From: Candidatus Thorarchaeota archaeon
Lineage (GTDB): Archaea > Asgardarchaeota > Thorarchaeia > Thorarchaeales > Thorarchaeaceae
Length of the DNA: 32,000 bases
Assembly (NCBI GenBank): GCA_003345555.1
Contig: PRDJ01000057.1
Span: 75,836-107,835, forward strand
Reading direction: 5' to 3'
Shown: positions 16,211 to 24,884 of the stretch, in pieces
Layout of the letters: each line of letters begins with the position of its first letter
Numbering within the stretch: position 1 is the first letter of the stretch
The notes under the pieces: generated by a model
Told to the model about the DNA's origin: nothing
The model's database searches: none
What the model saw: only the letters and a program-made list of their open reading frames with translations
Position numbers and translations under genes: made by a program

Positions 16211-17290
16211 ATGATTTCTCAGTCAGAGTTCAGAAACTCAAGGTATGCAGACGCCATCCTGAGTGAGATACGGCATCTTAGTGAGGGTCGCAGGTTTAGG
16301 ATTGTTCATGTTTGTGGCACCCACGAGGATACTATTAGCCGTCATGGTCTCCGTACACTCCTGCCTGACAACATAAAGCTGGTCGCTGGCCCCGGTTGTC
16401 CAGTATGCGTGTGCGCGGCCGAGGATGTGGATACAGCAATCGAGCTCGCTAGACAAGGTCACCTCATCACCACATTCGGGGACATGGTGAATGTGCCATC
16501 CACGTCTTCTAGTCTAGCAAAGGAGCGAGCACAAGGAGCCGACGTCCGTATAGTGTATGGTGTGAATGAGGCCGTGGGAATTGCACAGAACAACTCGGAA
16601 CGGGAAGTCGTATTCGTAGGAGTAGGGTTCGAGACCACAGCTCCTACACTTGCCGTGGAAATGCTCAGGGATCCCCCGAGCAACTTCTCGATGCTTACCT
16701 CTCTGAAGGCAATCCCACCAGCTATGGAGCTTCTCCTGAGAATCGAGGGGCCACCTGTTGATGGCTTCATAACGCCGGGGCATGTCTCTGCGATAATAGG
16801 AACGAACGCGTTCGAGCCTCTGGCAAAAAGGCATCATGTGCCATGTGTTGCAGCTGGCTTTGAGCCTCTCGACGTTCTGGAGTCTGTAAGGATGATACTG
16901 ACACAGATCCGGGATAACAGGGCTGAATCCGAAAACGAGTATAGTCGTGTGGTCCGCCCGGAAGGCAACAGATATGCTCAGCAGGCGATTCGACAGGCCT
17001 TCAATCTTGGCGACGGACCTTGGAGGGGGCTGGGCGTCATCAAGGATTCGGCTTACTATCTGCGAAGCAAGTTTGCAGAACATGACTCGCGCAAACGGTT
17101 TGAAGTTCCTCGGACGAACTCAGTCGATATACTCCCTGGGTGTATGTGCCACAAAGTTGTCTTGGGCATGATTGACCCTGTTGACTGTCCACTATTCGGC
17201 AAGCGATGTGTTCCCGACAACCCGTACGGTCCGTGCATGGTTGGACACGAAGGCACTTGCAGGATTCGCCATGAGAACCTAAGCTTATAG
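16211..17290 (+). CDS. hypD: [NiFe]-hydrogenase maturation protein HypD
   Basis: HVCGTH, GPGCPVC, GFETTAP, PGHVS, GFEPLD, C-terminal CPLFGKRC...GPCMVGHEGTC. Confidence 0.97.
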   Translation: MISQSEFRNSRYADAILSEIRHLSEGRRFRIVHVCGTHEDTISRHGLRTLLPDNIKLVAGPGCPVCVCAAEDVDTAIELARQGHLITTFGDMVNVPSTSSSLAKERAQGADVRIVYGVNEAVGIAQNNSEREVVFVGVGFETTAPTLAVEMLRDPPSNFSMLTSLKAIPPAMELLLRIEGPPVDGFITPGHVSAIIGTNAFEPLAKRHHVPCVAAGFEPLDVLESVRMILTQIRDNRAESENEYSRVVRPEGNRYAQQAIRQAFNLGDGPWRGLGVIKDSAYYLRSKFAEHDSRKRFEVPRTNSVDILPGCMCHKVVLGMIDPVDCPLFGKRCVPDNPYGPCMVGHEGTCRIRHENLSL

Positions 17291-17316
17291 CTTGGGACAA
17301 GTGCGATTTGCACAAG

Positions 17317-17964
17317 CTAGTTGGGTTGATTTGTCTGACGGGGCGAAATCCTCTCTTTCTCAAGACGACGTAATTCTTCCTCGGTGTTGAAGTTGACAAA
17401 GGTCTTCAACTCGGGATCATACTTCTCAAGAACTAGTGTCGAAACATAGAGAACATTATGCAGCTGGTCAAGTAAGTCCTGCATCCTACGCTTTCCATCT
17501 TCGAGTACCTTGAGACCTTTAGCGTACGCATGCTCTGCCAGATAGACAGAATGGAGTGGCTCAACGTAACCGGAAGGCCATGATGGCACAACTGCTCCGT
17601 GTCCGGCCCTGAGGTCCACGAGTATCTGTAGCATCTCAACTTTGACCAGAGGAGTATCGACTGGCAACACCATTACGTACCGAGACTTACTGAATTCAAA
17701 GGCGGTAACGGCGCCGGTCAAGGCGCATCTGACCGCATCATCTGGGTCGACGGCAATTTCGGTATCGTCGACAACGTCCTCAAATGCTCTCGCCTGCTCA
17801 TCATTCGAAACCACAACAAGAGTCTGAGATGAGAATCGTTTGGCAATGCTAATCATGTGCGTGAGCAAAGGAAGGCCTCGAAATAGCGCGAGGGCCTTGT
17901 CGGACCTGAAGCGCTCCGAGTTGCCGCCTGCAAGTATTGCCACGGTCAGGTCAGTACTCTTCAT
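17317..17964 (-). CDS. mobA: Molybdenum cofactor guanylyltransferase (MobA family)
   Basis: ILAGGNSERFRSDKA, VLPVDTP, VEPLHSVY, FVNFNT. Confidence 0.88.
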   Translation of the reverse strand: MKSTDLTVAILAGGNSERFRSDKALALFRGLPLLTHMISIAKRFSSQTLVVVSNDEQARAFEDVVDDTEIAVDPDDAVRCALTGAVTAFEFSKSRYVMVLPVDTPLVKVEMLQILVDLRAGHGAVVPSWPSGYVEPLHSVYLAEHAYAKGLKVLEDGKRRMQDLLDQLHNVLYVSTLVLEKYDPELKTFVNFNTEEELRRLEKERISPRQTNQPN

Positions 17965-18083
17965 TCAGGTTGTCTCCAGCACTTTCTCTTTCTACCGGCG
18001 ACCATCACACATGTGGGATTGACGTTGTCCAATATCCGACAAGCCTCATTCAGCATGGGATATTTCCGTGCTTGGTGTTCCTG

Positions 18084-20045
18084 CTACCGGGCAGAAAGGT
18101 ATTCCTCAACCATTGCTGCAATCTGCCCGTCGGTATAGTGCTGTGATGTGATAGCAGAGGCCGCACAAGCAGAGGAACAAGTTCCACAGCCCTTACACAC
18201 CGCAGGGTTGACGTGTGCTCGCCCGTTCTTTTCAATTGTGATTGCGTTATACGGGCATAACGAAACGCAGAGACGACAACCAGAGCACCTATCCTCGTCG
18301 ACAACTGAGTAGTAGGGCTCCACGGTGATTCTGCCTTTGCCCATTAATGCCATTGCGCCAGAAGCTGCAGCCTTTGCCTGTGCTACCGTGTCAGGGATAT
18401 CTTTAGGACCTTGAGCCATTCCAGCAACGAAGATTCCATCATTGAACGAATCGACGGGTCTGAGCTTTGGGTGAGCTTCTAGAAGGAATCCGTCTGGCGA
18501 CTGGCTCAGGTTTAGGATTCGTGCGACATCTTTTGCTGAGGCTGGCGGCACAACGCCTGTTGAGAGAACCACTAAGTCAACATCATCAAGCTGCATTGGC
18601 TTGCCTAGTAGTGTATCCTCCCCTCGCACGGTCAGATTCATGGTAGTGTCGTCCTGCAGAATCTCCCCTACTCGTCCGCGAATAAAAGTCACACCTGCAG
18701 CCGCAGTGGACTCGTAGAATTCCTCGTAGCCCTTTCCAAACGTTCTCAGGTCAATATAGAAGAGGAAGATTTCTGCTCCTGTCTTGTCACGAAGCATTCT
18801 GGCCTGCTTTATTGCAGTCATGCAGCAGACTCTTGAGCAATACCTGTTCGTTCGCTCGTCCCTGCTTCCAACGCACTGGATGTAGACGATTCTTCTCGGT
18901 TCTTTCAAATCAGAGGGTCTTACGACGTGACCTTGGGTGGGGCCTCCAGCACTGAGCATTCTTTCGACCTCGGCGAGATTCACCACGTTTGGAAACTCAC
19001 CGTAGCCGTACTCCTCCTTCTTGGTGGCATCAAAAATCTCGAACCCTGTTGCTACTATGATTGTGCCGGTTTGAAGCTTGAGTATACGCTCGTGGTCATC
19101 ATAGTTGATGGCGCCTGGTTCACACTTCTCCTTGCATTTGCCGCACCTTATCGTATCGACTCCGAGGCAGTTCTTCATGTCCAGGACGTACGCAGATGGG
19201 ACCGCCTGCGCGAACGGGATATGGATGGCCCTTCTGTAGGCCAGATTAGCATCGAACTCCGCAGGAACATCGACTGGGCACACCTTCGTGCAATCATCAC
19301 AAGATGTGCACTTCTTAACATCAACATAGCGGGGCTTCTGACGTACTGTCACTTCGAAGTTGCCGACAAAGCCTTCCACCTTCTCTACTTGTGACAGAGT
19401 GAGCATCTCGATGTTGGGATGTGATCCGACTTCAGCCATGCGAGGAGTCAATATGCAAGACGCGCAATCCAGAGTAGGAAACGTCTTGTCCCATCTACTC
19501 ATCTTGCCACCAATGCTCGGTTCCTTCTCAACAAGGTAGACTTTGAAACCCGCATTGGCAAGGTCGAGAGCTGCTGATATCCCAGCTATGCCGCCACCTA
19601 TTATCAAAGTCGCTTTCTTCACTTCGAAGACCGGCTCGTCAAGTGCTTCCAGAAGCTTGGCCCTGGCGACAGCCATGCGAACTAGGTCAATTGCCTTCTC
19701 TGTCGCGGCCTTGGGGTCGTTGGAGTGTATCCAGCTACACTGCTCTCTCAGGTTCGCGATCTCGAGTAGGAAGGGATTCAGTCCGCTATCCCTCATGGTC
19801 TGCCTGAAAGTGACTTCATGCATTCGAGGCGAGCAAGATCCGATCACAATTCTGTCCAGTCTTTTGTCCTTAACCGCATCGTGAATGATCTGCTGGCCCG
19901 GTCTTGAACAGACGTACTTGTAATCTTCGACATGCACTACCCCGTCGATCTTCTTTATTGTATCCATGAGACGAGGTATGTCCACTACTCCTGCAATGTT
20001 GCTCCCGCAGTGGCACAGAAAGACACCGACTCGTCGCTCGAGCAT
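18084..20045 (-). CDS. hdrA: Heterodisulfide reductase subunit A-like flavoprotein
   Basis: GVFLCHCGSNIAG, NLREQCSW, IIGGGIAG (FAD), DKTFPTLDC, QCVGSRD, CSRVCC, GPKDIP, and a C-terminal pair of [4Fe-4S] motifs. Confidence 0.96.
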   Translation of the reverse strand: MLERRVGVFLCHCGSNIAGVVDIPRLMDTIKKIDGVVHVEDYKYVCSRPGQQIIHDAVKDKRLDRIVIGSCSPRMHEVTFRQTMRDSGLNPFLLEIANLREQCSWIHSNDPKAATEKAIDLVRMAVARAKLLEALDEPVFEVKKATLIIGGGIAGISAALDLANAGFKVYLVEKEPSIGGKMSRWDKTFPTLDCASCILTPRMAEVGSHPNIEMLTLSQVEKVEGFVGNFEVTVRQKPRYVDVKKCTSCDDCTKVCPVDVPAEFDANLAYRRAIHIPFAQAVPSAYVLDMKNCLGVDTIRCGKCKEKCEPGAINYDDHERILKLQTGTIIVATGFEIFDATKKEEYGYGEFPNVVNLAEVERMLSAGGPTQGHVVRPSDLKEPRRIVYIQCVGSRDERTNRYCSRVCCMTAIKQARMLRDKTGAEIFLFYIDLRTFGKGYEEFYESTAAAGVTFIRGRVGEILQDDTTMNLTVRGEDTLLGKPMQLDDVDLVVLSTGVVPPASAKDVARILNLSQSPDGFLLEAHPKLRPVDSFNDGIFVAGMAQGPKDIPDTVAQAKAAASGAMALMGKGRITVEPYYSVVDEDRCSGCRLCVSLCPYNAITIEKNGRAHVNPAVCKGCGTCSSACAASAITSQHYTDGQIAAMVEEYLSAR

Positions 20046-20227
20046 TCCTTAATCCTCGGATGCTGCGTCCATTGAAATCAGTCATGATCCAATAGACTGA
20101 TTCTTTCCTGACGCGGACATGGTCAGCTCGTTATTCAAGGCTATTAGCATTATGGACATGTGCCTGTCTAGCGCGTAACTAATGCTCGCTGCATTCGAAA
20201 AGCAGATAGAGACAGCAGGCTCTGCAG

Positions 20228-20884
20228 GTGAACGTGCTGGATTTCAACGTAGCAGGCCCGGTCATTTGTACTCTTGCTTCTCTTGATGTGATTCTGCACA
20301 TTATCTTGGATTTGAAGAAGATTAGAGGTCGCCACGCATCTGAGTTTCAACAACCGGACCAGTATGTGCCTGCGGTGACCATGGCCGCCATAGCGGCTTC
20401 AACTCTACTGGCCTTCATCTTAGTTTTCGCAATATCGATTGCGTGGCTGTTCTCGGCGAGCCAACTCCTGTTTGTGTGGGTGGTTCCCATCGTAGATGTG
20501 CCCTTTCCAGTTTGGATGCCGGGGGCCGTGCTCCTCTGCTTGGGTATTCTCCTGCATGGTTGGTCCCGACTTGCAAGAAGGAACATGGCCTCGTCATGGA
20601 CCATGGGTATGGAGCACAGACTAATTCAAAGTGGACCCTACTCTAGAGTCAGACATCCGTCGTATGCGGCCTACATGCTGTCGTTCTTGGGACTGTTCTT
20701 GATGGTACCTTCTGTGGTCACTCTTGTGATTCTCGTAGGGATTCCGGGATACTACCAAGTAACAGGGCCGGAAGAAGAACTGCTGATTTCCCGATTCGGG
20801 GATGAATACAAGCAGTATGCTGCGCAGACGGGGAAATTCCTACCTAAATGTCGGAAGAAGCAGGTCATTCGCCCAAAACCATAA
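20228..20884 (+). CDS. Isoprenylcysteine carboxyl methyltransferase (ICMT/Ste14/PEMT-like) membrane methyltransferase
   Basis: HRLIQSGPYSRVRHPSY, EEELLISRFGDEYKQY, TGKFLP; TM helices; GTG start. Confidence 0.88.
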   Translation: MNVLDFNVAGPVICTLASLDVILHIILDLKKIRGRHASEFQQPDQYVPAVTMAAIAASTLLAFILVFAISIAWLFSASQLLFVWVVPIVDVPFPVWMPGAVLLCLGILLHGWSRLARRNMASSWTMGMEHRLIQSGPYSRVRHPSYAAYMLSFLGLFLMVPSVVTLVILVGIPGYYQVTGPEEELLISRFGDEYKQYAAQTGKFLPKCRKKQVIRPKP

Positions 20885-20927
20885 AAAGCATAACGAAGGC
20901 CGATGGCTTACATCCGGAGGTCTAGAG

Positions 20928-21701
20928 ATGCCCGGCAAGGTATGGAGCTACATTACCGAGAAGCTTGAGAAAGAAGGCGCATGCCACTTCTCCCTTCTGG
21001 ATCCCGATCCGCTGAAGAACTCAACTGAGACAATGGTGCAGATGGCCACTCTCGCCGAAAAGGCCGGCACAGACGCACTAATGCTTGGAGGTAGTACAGT
21101 CTTGGGCAATATTGACGAAGCAGTCCAAGCGATATCCGATGCGGCCGATATCCCCACGATTCTGTTTCCCGGGAATCTGAACGGCGTCTCCGGTCATGCA
21201 GATGCAATGTTCTTCATGAGCCTCTTGAACAGCACCAATCCGTATTGGATCATAGGAGCTCAAGCGCTTAGTGCTGCAAATGTGAAGATGCTCGGGATTG
21301 AAACAATTTCGATGGCATACCTTTTGATTGCACCGGGCAAGACCGCGGCTTGGGTTGGTGATGCGAAGGTCTTTCCTCGCGATAAACCGAAAATCCCGCT
21401 GATGTATGCACTTGCTGCGGAGCTTTTGGGTTTCAAACTGGTTTACCTTGAAGCAGGCAGCGGGGCAGAGGGCGGCGGTGTCCCTCCAGAGACCATCAAG
21501 ACTGTGTGCCAGTATGTCCAGATTCCTGTCATTGCTGGCGGTGGGTTCAATGATGAAGCCTCGGTTGTGAAGGGCGTTGAGGCCGGTGCTTCCATTATTG
21601 TCCAAGGCACATATCTCGAAGACCACATCCTCAAGGACAAGGGTGAAGGCTTGAGGAAAATCGTGAAAGCACTGAAGGTCGCTGGTTCGAAGAGAGTTTA
21701 A
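20928..21701 (+). CDS. Geranylgeranylglyceryl phosphate synthase (GGGPS, group II-like)
   Basis: HFSLLDPD, LMLGGS, LFPGN, SLLNS.NPYWI, VYLEAGSGA, AGGG. Start moved to ATG at 20928 (SD GGAGGT). Confidence 0.95.
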   Translation: MPGKVWSYITEKLEKEGACHFSLLDPDPLKNSTETMVQMATLAEKAGTDALMLGGSTVLGNIDEAVQAISDAADIPTILFPGNLNGVSGHADAMFFMSLLNSTNPYWIIGAQALSAANVKMLGIETISMAYLLIAPGKTAAWVGDAKVFPRDKPKIPLMYALAAELLGFKLVYLEAGSGAEGGGVPPETIKTVCQYVQIPVIAGGGFNDEASVVKGVEAGASIIVQGTYLEDHILKDKGEGLRKIVKALKVAGSKRV

Positions 21702-21749
21702 ATACCTCCGAACCGACTCGCACAAGAATGACTAGGGAGGTAACTGGTT

Positions 21750-22145
21750 TTGTCTAGCAAAACTGAGATGTTGAGTGAGCTTTTGAAGGACCTCAGCAGA
21801 GCCTCCCAAGGGACGATTCAAGCAAGTCTGGTAATATCGAAGTCGCAAGGTCTCACTATTTGTTCTTACTATCCACCGGATGTTGACGGTCCGAAAGTAC
21901 CAGATGAGGATGTCATTGCAGGCAGGTCGACGCAGATTCAAATGGAGACCAGAAAGGTCTTCAAGCAGCTCGAACGAGGGGCGCTGGTGAGGATGCTCAT
22001 CGAAGGTGAGACCGGTTACGTCATAATCTGCAGTGCAGGCGACGATGCAATTCTGGCAGTGCTAACCAACAAGCGTACAAACCTTGGATATCTGTTCTTC
22101 ACGATGACGCGGACCGCCAGCAGAATCGAGAAGGTACTTAGGTAA
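21750..22145 (+). CDS. Roadblock/LC7 (MglB/LAMTOR-like) domain protein
   Basis: IQASLVISKSQGLTI, LERGALVRMLIEGETGYVII, NLGYLF; SD GGAGGT before the TTG. Confidence 0.88.
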   Translation: MSSKTEMLSELLKDLSRASQGTIQASLVISKSQGLTICSYYPPDVDGPKVPDEDVIAGRSTQIQMETRKVFKQLERGALVRMLIEGETGYVIICSAGDDAILAVLTNKRTNLGYLFFTMTRTASRIEKVLR

Positions 22146-22229
22146 GCGTTCAGGTCTTCTCTTCCACATTCCGCTATTCTTTTAATCAGCACCACTGGCG
22201 AGCAGATTCGACAATACGTGGTGAGTCCG

Positions 22230-23162
22230 ATGCCTGAAAAGAAACCGCCCAAAACTGAGGAGAAGAAAGCCCCTGAGGACAAGTGGGAGAACTGGAGGAA
22301 GGCAGGAACCGCGGCCCATGACGCGCTTGAAATCGTACGTCCATTGGTACGGCCCGGAACCAAGGTCATAGATATTGTTGAGGCAGTCGAGAAACACATC
22401 CGAGCTAACGCCTCAGGTCTGTCATTCCCCTGCAATGTGTCAATAAACAATGTAGCTGCACACTACACCTCGCCGCTTAACGACGGGACTGTGATACCCG
22501 ACAGCGGGGTGGTTTCTATTGATTGCGGGGCGCACGTCGAGGGCTGCGTTTCTGATAGCGCTTTTGCTTTTGCACTGAGCCCCGAGCATGAAAGCTTGGT
22601 AAAGGCATCTTTGGAGGCCACGAAAGTGGCAGTCGAGTTAATGCGTCCCGGTGCCAAACTCAACTCGATAGGAGCGCTTATCGAGGACACAATCAAGAGT
22701 GCTGGCTTCATGCCGGTCAAGCAGCTTTCAGGACATCAGCTCGGCGAATACGAGTTACATGGTGAGAAGCAGGTTCCATGTGTATCGGGCAAGTCTGAGG
22801 TCCTAGTGGAGGAAGGCGAGATTTACGCTGTCGAGACCTTCGCAAGCACTGGTTCTGGCAATGTAGCCGATCTCCCTAACCCAATGATATACCAGCTTCT
22901 TCCCATAATGGTTCCAGTGCGTTTTCAGGGAACCAAGGAGTTCCTAAGCATCGCTCGCAAGGAGTTCAAAGGCTTCCCATTCGCCGAGCGCTGGATGGCA
23001 GAAAGGATGAAGCATGCAACTCTGAAGATGGCAATACGAGAACTCCGTCTCAGTGGTGCTCTTTATGCACATCACATTCTTGCCGAGGAAAAAGGTGTAC
23101 TTGTCACACAGAGTGAGCACACCGTGATTGTGACTCACGATGGGCATGAGCAGACAACGTAG
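22230..23162 (+). CDS. map: Methionine aminopeptidase type II
   Basis: FPCNVSINNVAAHY, IDCGAHVEGCVSD, GHQL, VETF, QSEHT (metal ligands D,D,H,E,E). Start could alternatively be GTG at 22218. Confidence 0.96.
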   Translation: MPEKKPPKTEEKKAPEDKWENWRKAGTAAHDALEIVRPLVRPGTKVIDIVEAVEKHIRANASGLSFPCNVSINNVAAHYTSPLNDGTVIPDSGVVSIDCGAHVEGCVSDSAFAFALSPEHESLVKASLEATKVAVELMRPGAKLNSIGALIEDTIKSAGFMPVKQLSGHQLGEYELHGEKQVPCVSGKSEVLVEEGEIYAVETFASTGSGNVADLPNPMIYQLLPIMVPVRFQGTKEFLSIARKEFKGFPFAERWMAERMKHATLKMAIRELRLSGALYAHHILAEEKGVLVTQSEHTVIVTHDGHEQTT

Positions 23163-23330
23163 CTTTGAACTTGAAGGCATTGTGAGATGGCTTTGACAGT
23201 CGCCGCTTGGCTCAATCCTTAAAAAGGGCTTTTGCCATTGTTTTCATTTGGGTCCGGGAGACTGTCTCGAAAACCTGTTTCCGTTTGATAGTACCGGCAG
23301 TCCTGCACCGGTTCGGACCTGATAGGAGGC

Positions 23331-24311
23331 GTGAAAGTGGGTCAGATGCATGGTTCGCCTGCCGGCAAGGGTACTCCGCCCCAGAATTCGCAGGAACCCA
23401 GCACCTGTCCCGAATGTGGTTCAACCTCTGTAGTTGAAGACGCGACCAGAGGCGAACGCGTATGTGGCGGTTGTGGCTTGGTCTTGTCCGACCACCGAAT
23501 TGACACCGGTGCCGAATGGAGAGCTTTCAGTTCGGAGGAGTCTGATGCCCGAAGCCGTGTTGGAGCTCCACTCCGATACACAGTGCATGACAAGGGCCTT
23601 ACAACGGTAATCGATTGGCGTGACAGGGATACAGCCGGACGAAAGCTCACACCCACGCGTAGGTCAGAGATTTATCGCCTTAGAAGGTGGCAGATAAGGT
23701 CCCGCGTTCACAGTTCCATGGATCGGAATCTGGCACAGGCGATGTCTGAGCTTGAGAGGCTGTCTTCCCAGCTTGGGATCCCAAAACAGATTCGCGAGCT
23801 GGCCGCACTCCTCTACAGGAAATCAATACTTCAGAAGCTGGTGCGAGGACGTTCCATCGAGGCCATGGTTGCCGCGACCCTGTATGCTGCATGCAGAATT
23901 CGTTCGAAGCCTCGCCCGCTGGATGAAGTGGCCGACACATCAAGGGTGGACAAGAAGAAGCTCGGACAATGCTATCGTCTTCTGTTGCGGAGCCTGGAAA
24001 TCAAGATTCCCTTGAGCAACCCCGTTGATTACATCTCAAGGTTTGCATCCGAACTCTCACTCTCAAGCCCCGTCCAGCTGAGAACGGTTGAGATACTCAA
24101 CCAGAGTCGTGACATGGGCCTCACCATTGGCCGCGACCCCCTGGGTCTCGCCGCTGCGGCGATATATGTAGCATCAATCATGATGGACGAACGAAGGACA
24201 CAACGTGAGATTGCAGAGGTTGCGAGGGTCACTGAAGTCACTGTGAGAAACAGATACAAGGAAATCGTTCGTGTCCTAGGAATCGACTCAATGACATTGA
24301 GTGCCCAGTAA
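23331..24311 (+). CDS. tfb: Transcription initiation factor B
   Basis: CPECG...C..CG Zn ribbon, EWRAFS, two cyclin repeats, VTEVTVRNRYKE. Start may be GTG at 23337. Confidence 0.98.
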   Translation: MKVGQMHGSPAGKGTPPQNSQEPSTCPECGSTSVVEDATRGERVCGGCGLVLSDHRIDTGAEWRAFSSEESDARSRVGAPLRYTVHDKGLTTVIDWRDRDTAGRKLTPTRRSEIYRLRRWQIRSRVHSSMDRNLAQAMSELERLSSQLGIPKQIRELAALLYRKSILQKLVRGRSIEAMVAATLYAACRIRSKPRPLDEVADTSRVDKKKLGQCYRLLLRSLEIKIPLSNPVDYISRFASELSLSSPVQLRTVEILNQSRDMGLTIGRDPLGLAAAAIYVASIMMDERRTQREIAEVARVTEVTVRNRYKEIVRVLGIDSMTLSAQ

Positions 24312-24426
24312 CCTGTTGTTAGGCTGCTCTGATTGTATTGGAAAAACCCATTCAATCACCGATCGTTTGAAGCCGTGGAGCCGATTGCCGGAAGTCGGCA
24401 AGCGACGGATCATACTGGTCTCAGAT

Positions 24427-24753
24427 TCACCTGTTAGCCCAATCTATCACAATTGCTGATTCAGGAAACCCTAGGCCGCTGAGAATGTCCTTGATTACTC
24501 TACGGTGGTCTCCTTGGAGCTCAACGTGACCTTCCTTTGCTGCCCCCCCGCAGGCCAGTTTGCTTTTGAGCTTCGCTGCAATCTGACCAAGGTCGGTGTT
24601 CTTGTCGAAGCCTTCAATCACGGTCGTCAAGCGACCCCATTTTCTGCGTTCTGCACTCACGGTTATCCTTGCCTCTTCCTGCGCGATTGTCTGACAGACA
24701 CACAGGTCCAGAGGCAAGCCACAGTTCGGACAAATGCTCTCGTCAGTACTCAG
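24427..24753 (-). CDS. sui1: Translation initiation factor aIF1 / SUI1, predicted CUG start
   Basis: ERRKWGRLTTVIEG, LKSKLACGG, ELQGDH. The conserved N-terminal ICPNCGLPLDLCVC knuckle lies upstream of the track TTG; a CTG at 24753 is preceded by AGGAG with an 8-nt spacer. Confidence 0.92.
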   Translation of the reverse strand: MSTDESICPNCGLPLDLCVCQTIAQEEARITVSAERRKWGRLTTVIEGFDKNTDLGQIAAKLKSKLACGGAAKEGHVELQGDHRRVIKDILSGLGFPESAIVIDWANR

Positions 24754-24813
24754 AGTATATTCTCCTTGCCATTCTTCCTTTCGGATTTCTGACCGGATGT
24801 GCTCAATTCCGAC

Positions 24814-24819
24814 ATATAA
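24814..24819. promoter_or_regulatory. Putative TATA (TTATAT on the minus strand) in the divergent sui1 / radical-SAM gap
   Basis: TATA-like element about 60-70 nt from both starts. Confidence 0.4.
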
Positions 24820-24884
24820 GCTTCTCCATCTTCTACCGCTTCAGCAAGAATAAAGAGAACAGTGAACCAACGCAAGAACGACAG

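Noticed and set aside
17937-18304. Short ORFs after hdrA, considered as mvhD
   Set aside because: No MvhD Cys pattern. They overlap hdrA or mobA.
20802-20927. N-terminal extension of GGGPS in the track
   Set aside because: It overlaps the ICMT-like gene, and a strong GGAGGT SD points to ATG at 20928.
23163-23437. ORFs between map and tfb, considered as gar1 (often next to tfb)
   Set aside because: No Gar1 motifs. The ORFs overlap tfb and look like shadow frames.
24669-24884. 72-aa N-terminal extension of the radical SAM ORF in the track
   Set aside because: It overlaps sui1 on the opposite strand and the shared promoter gap. The family-like sequence begins at MSSVLVVDAL (24885).
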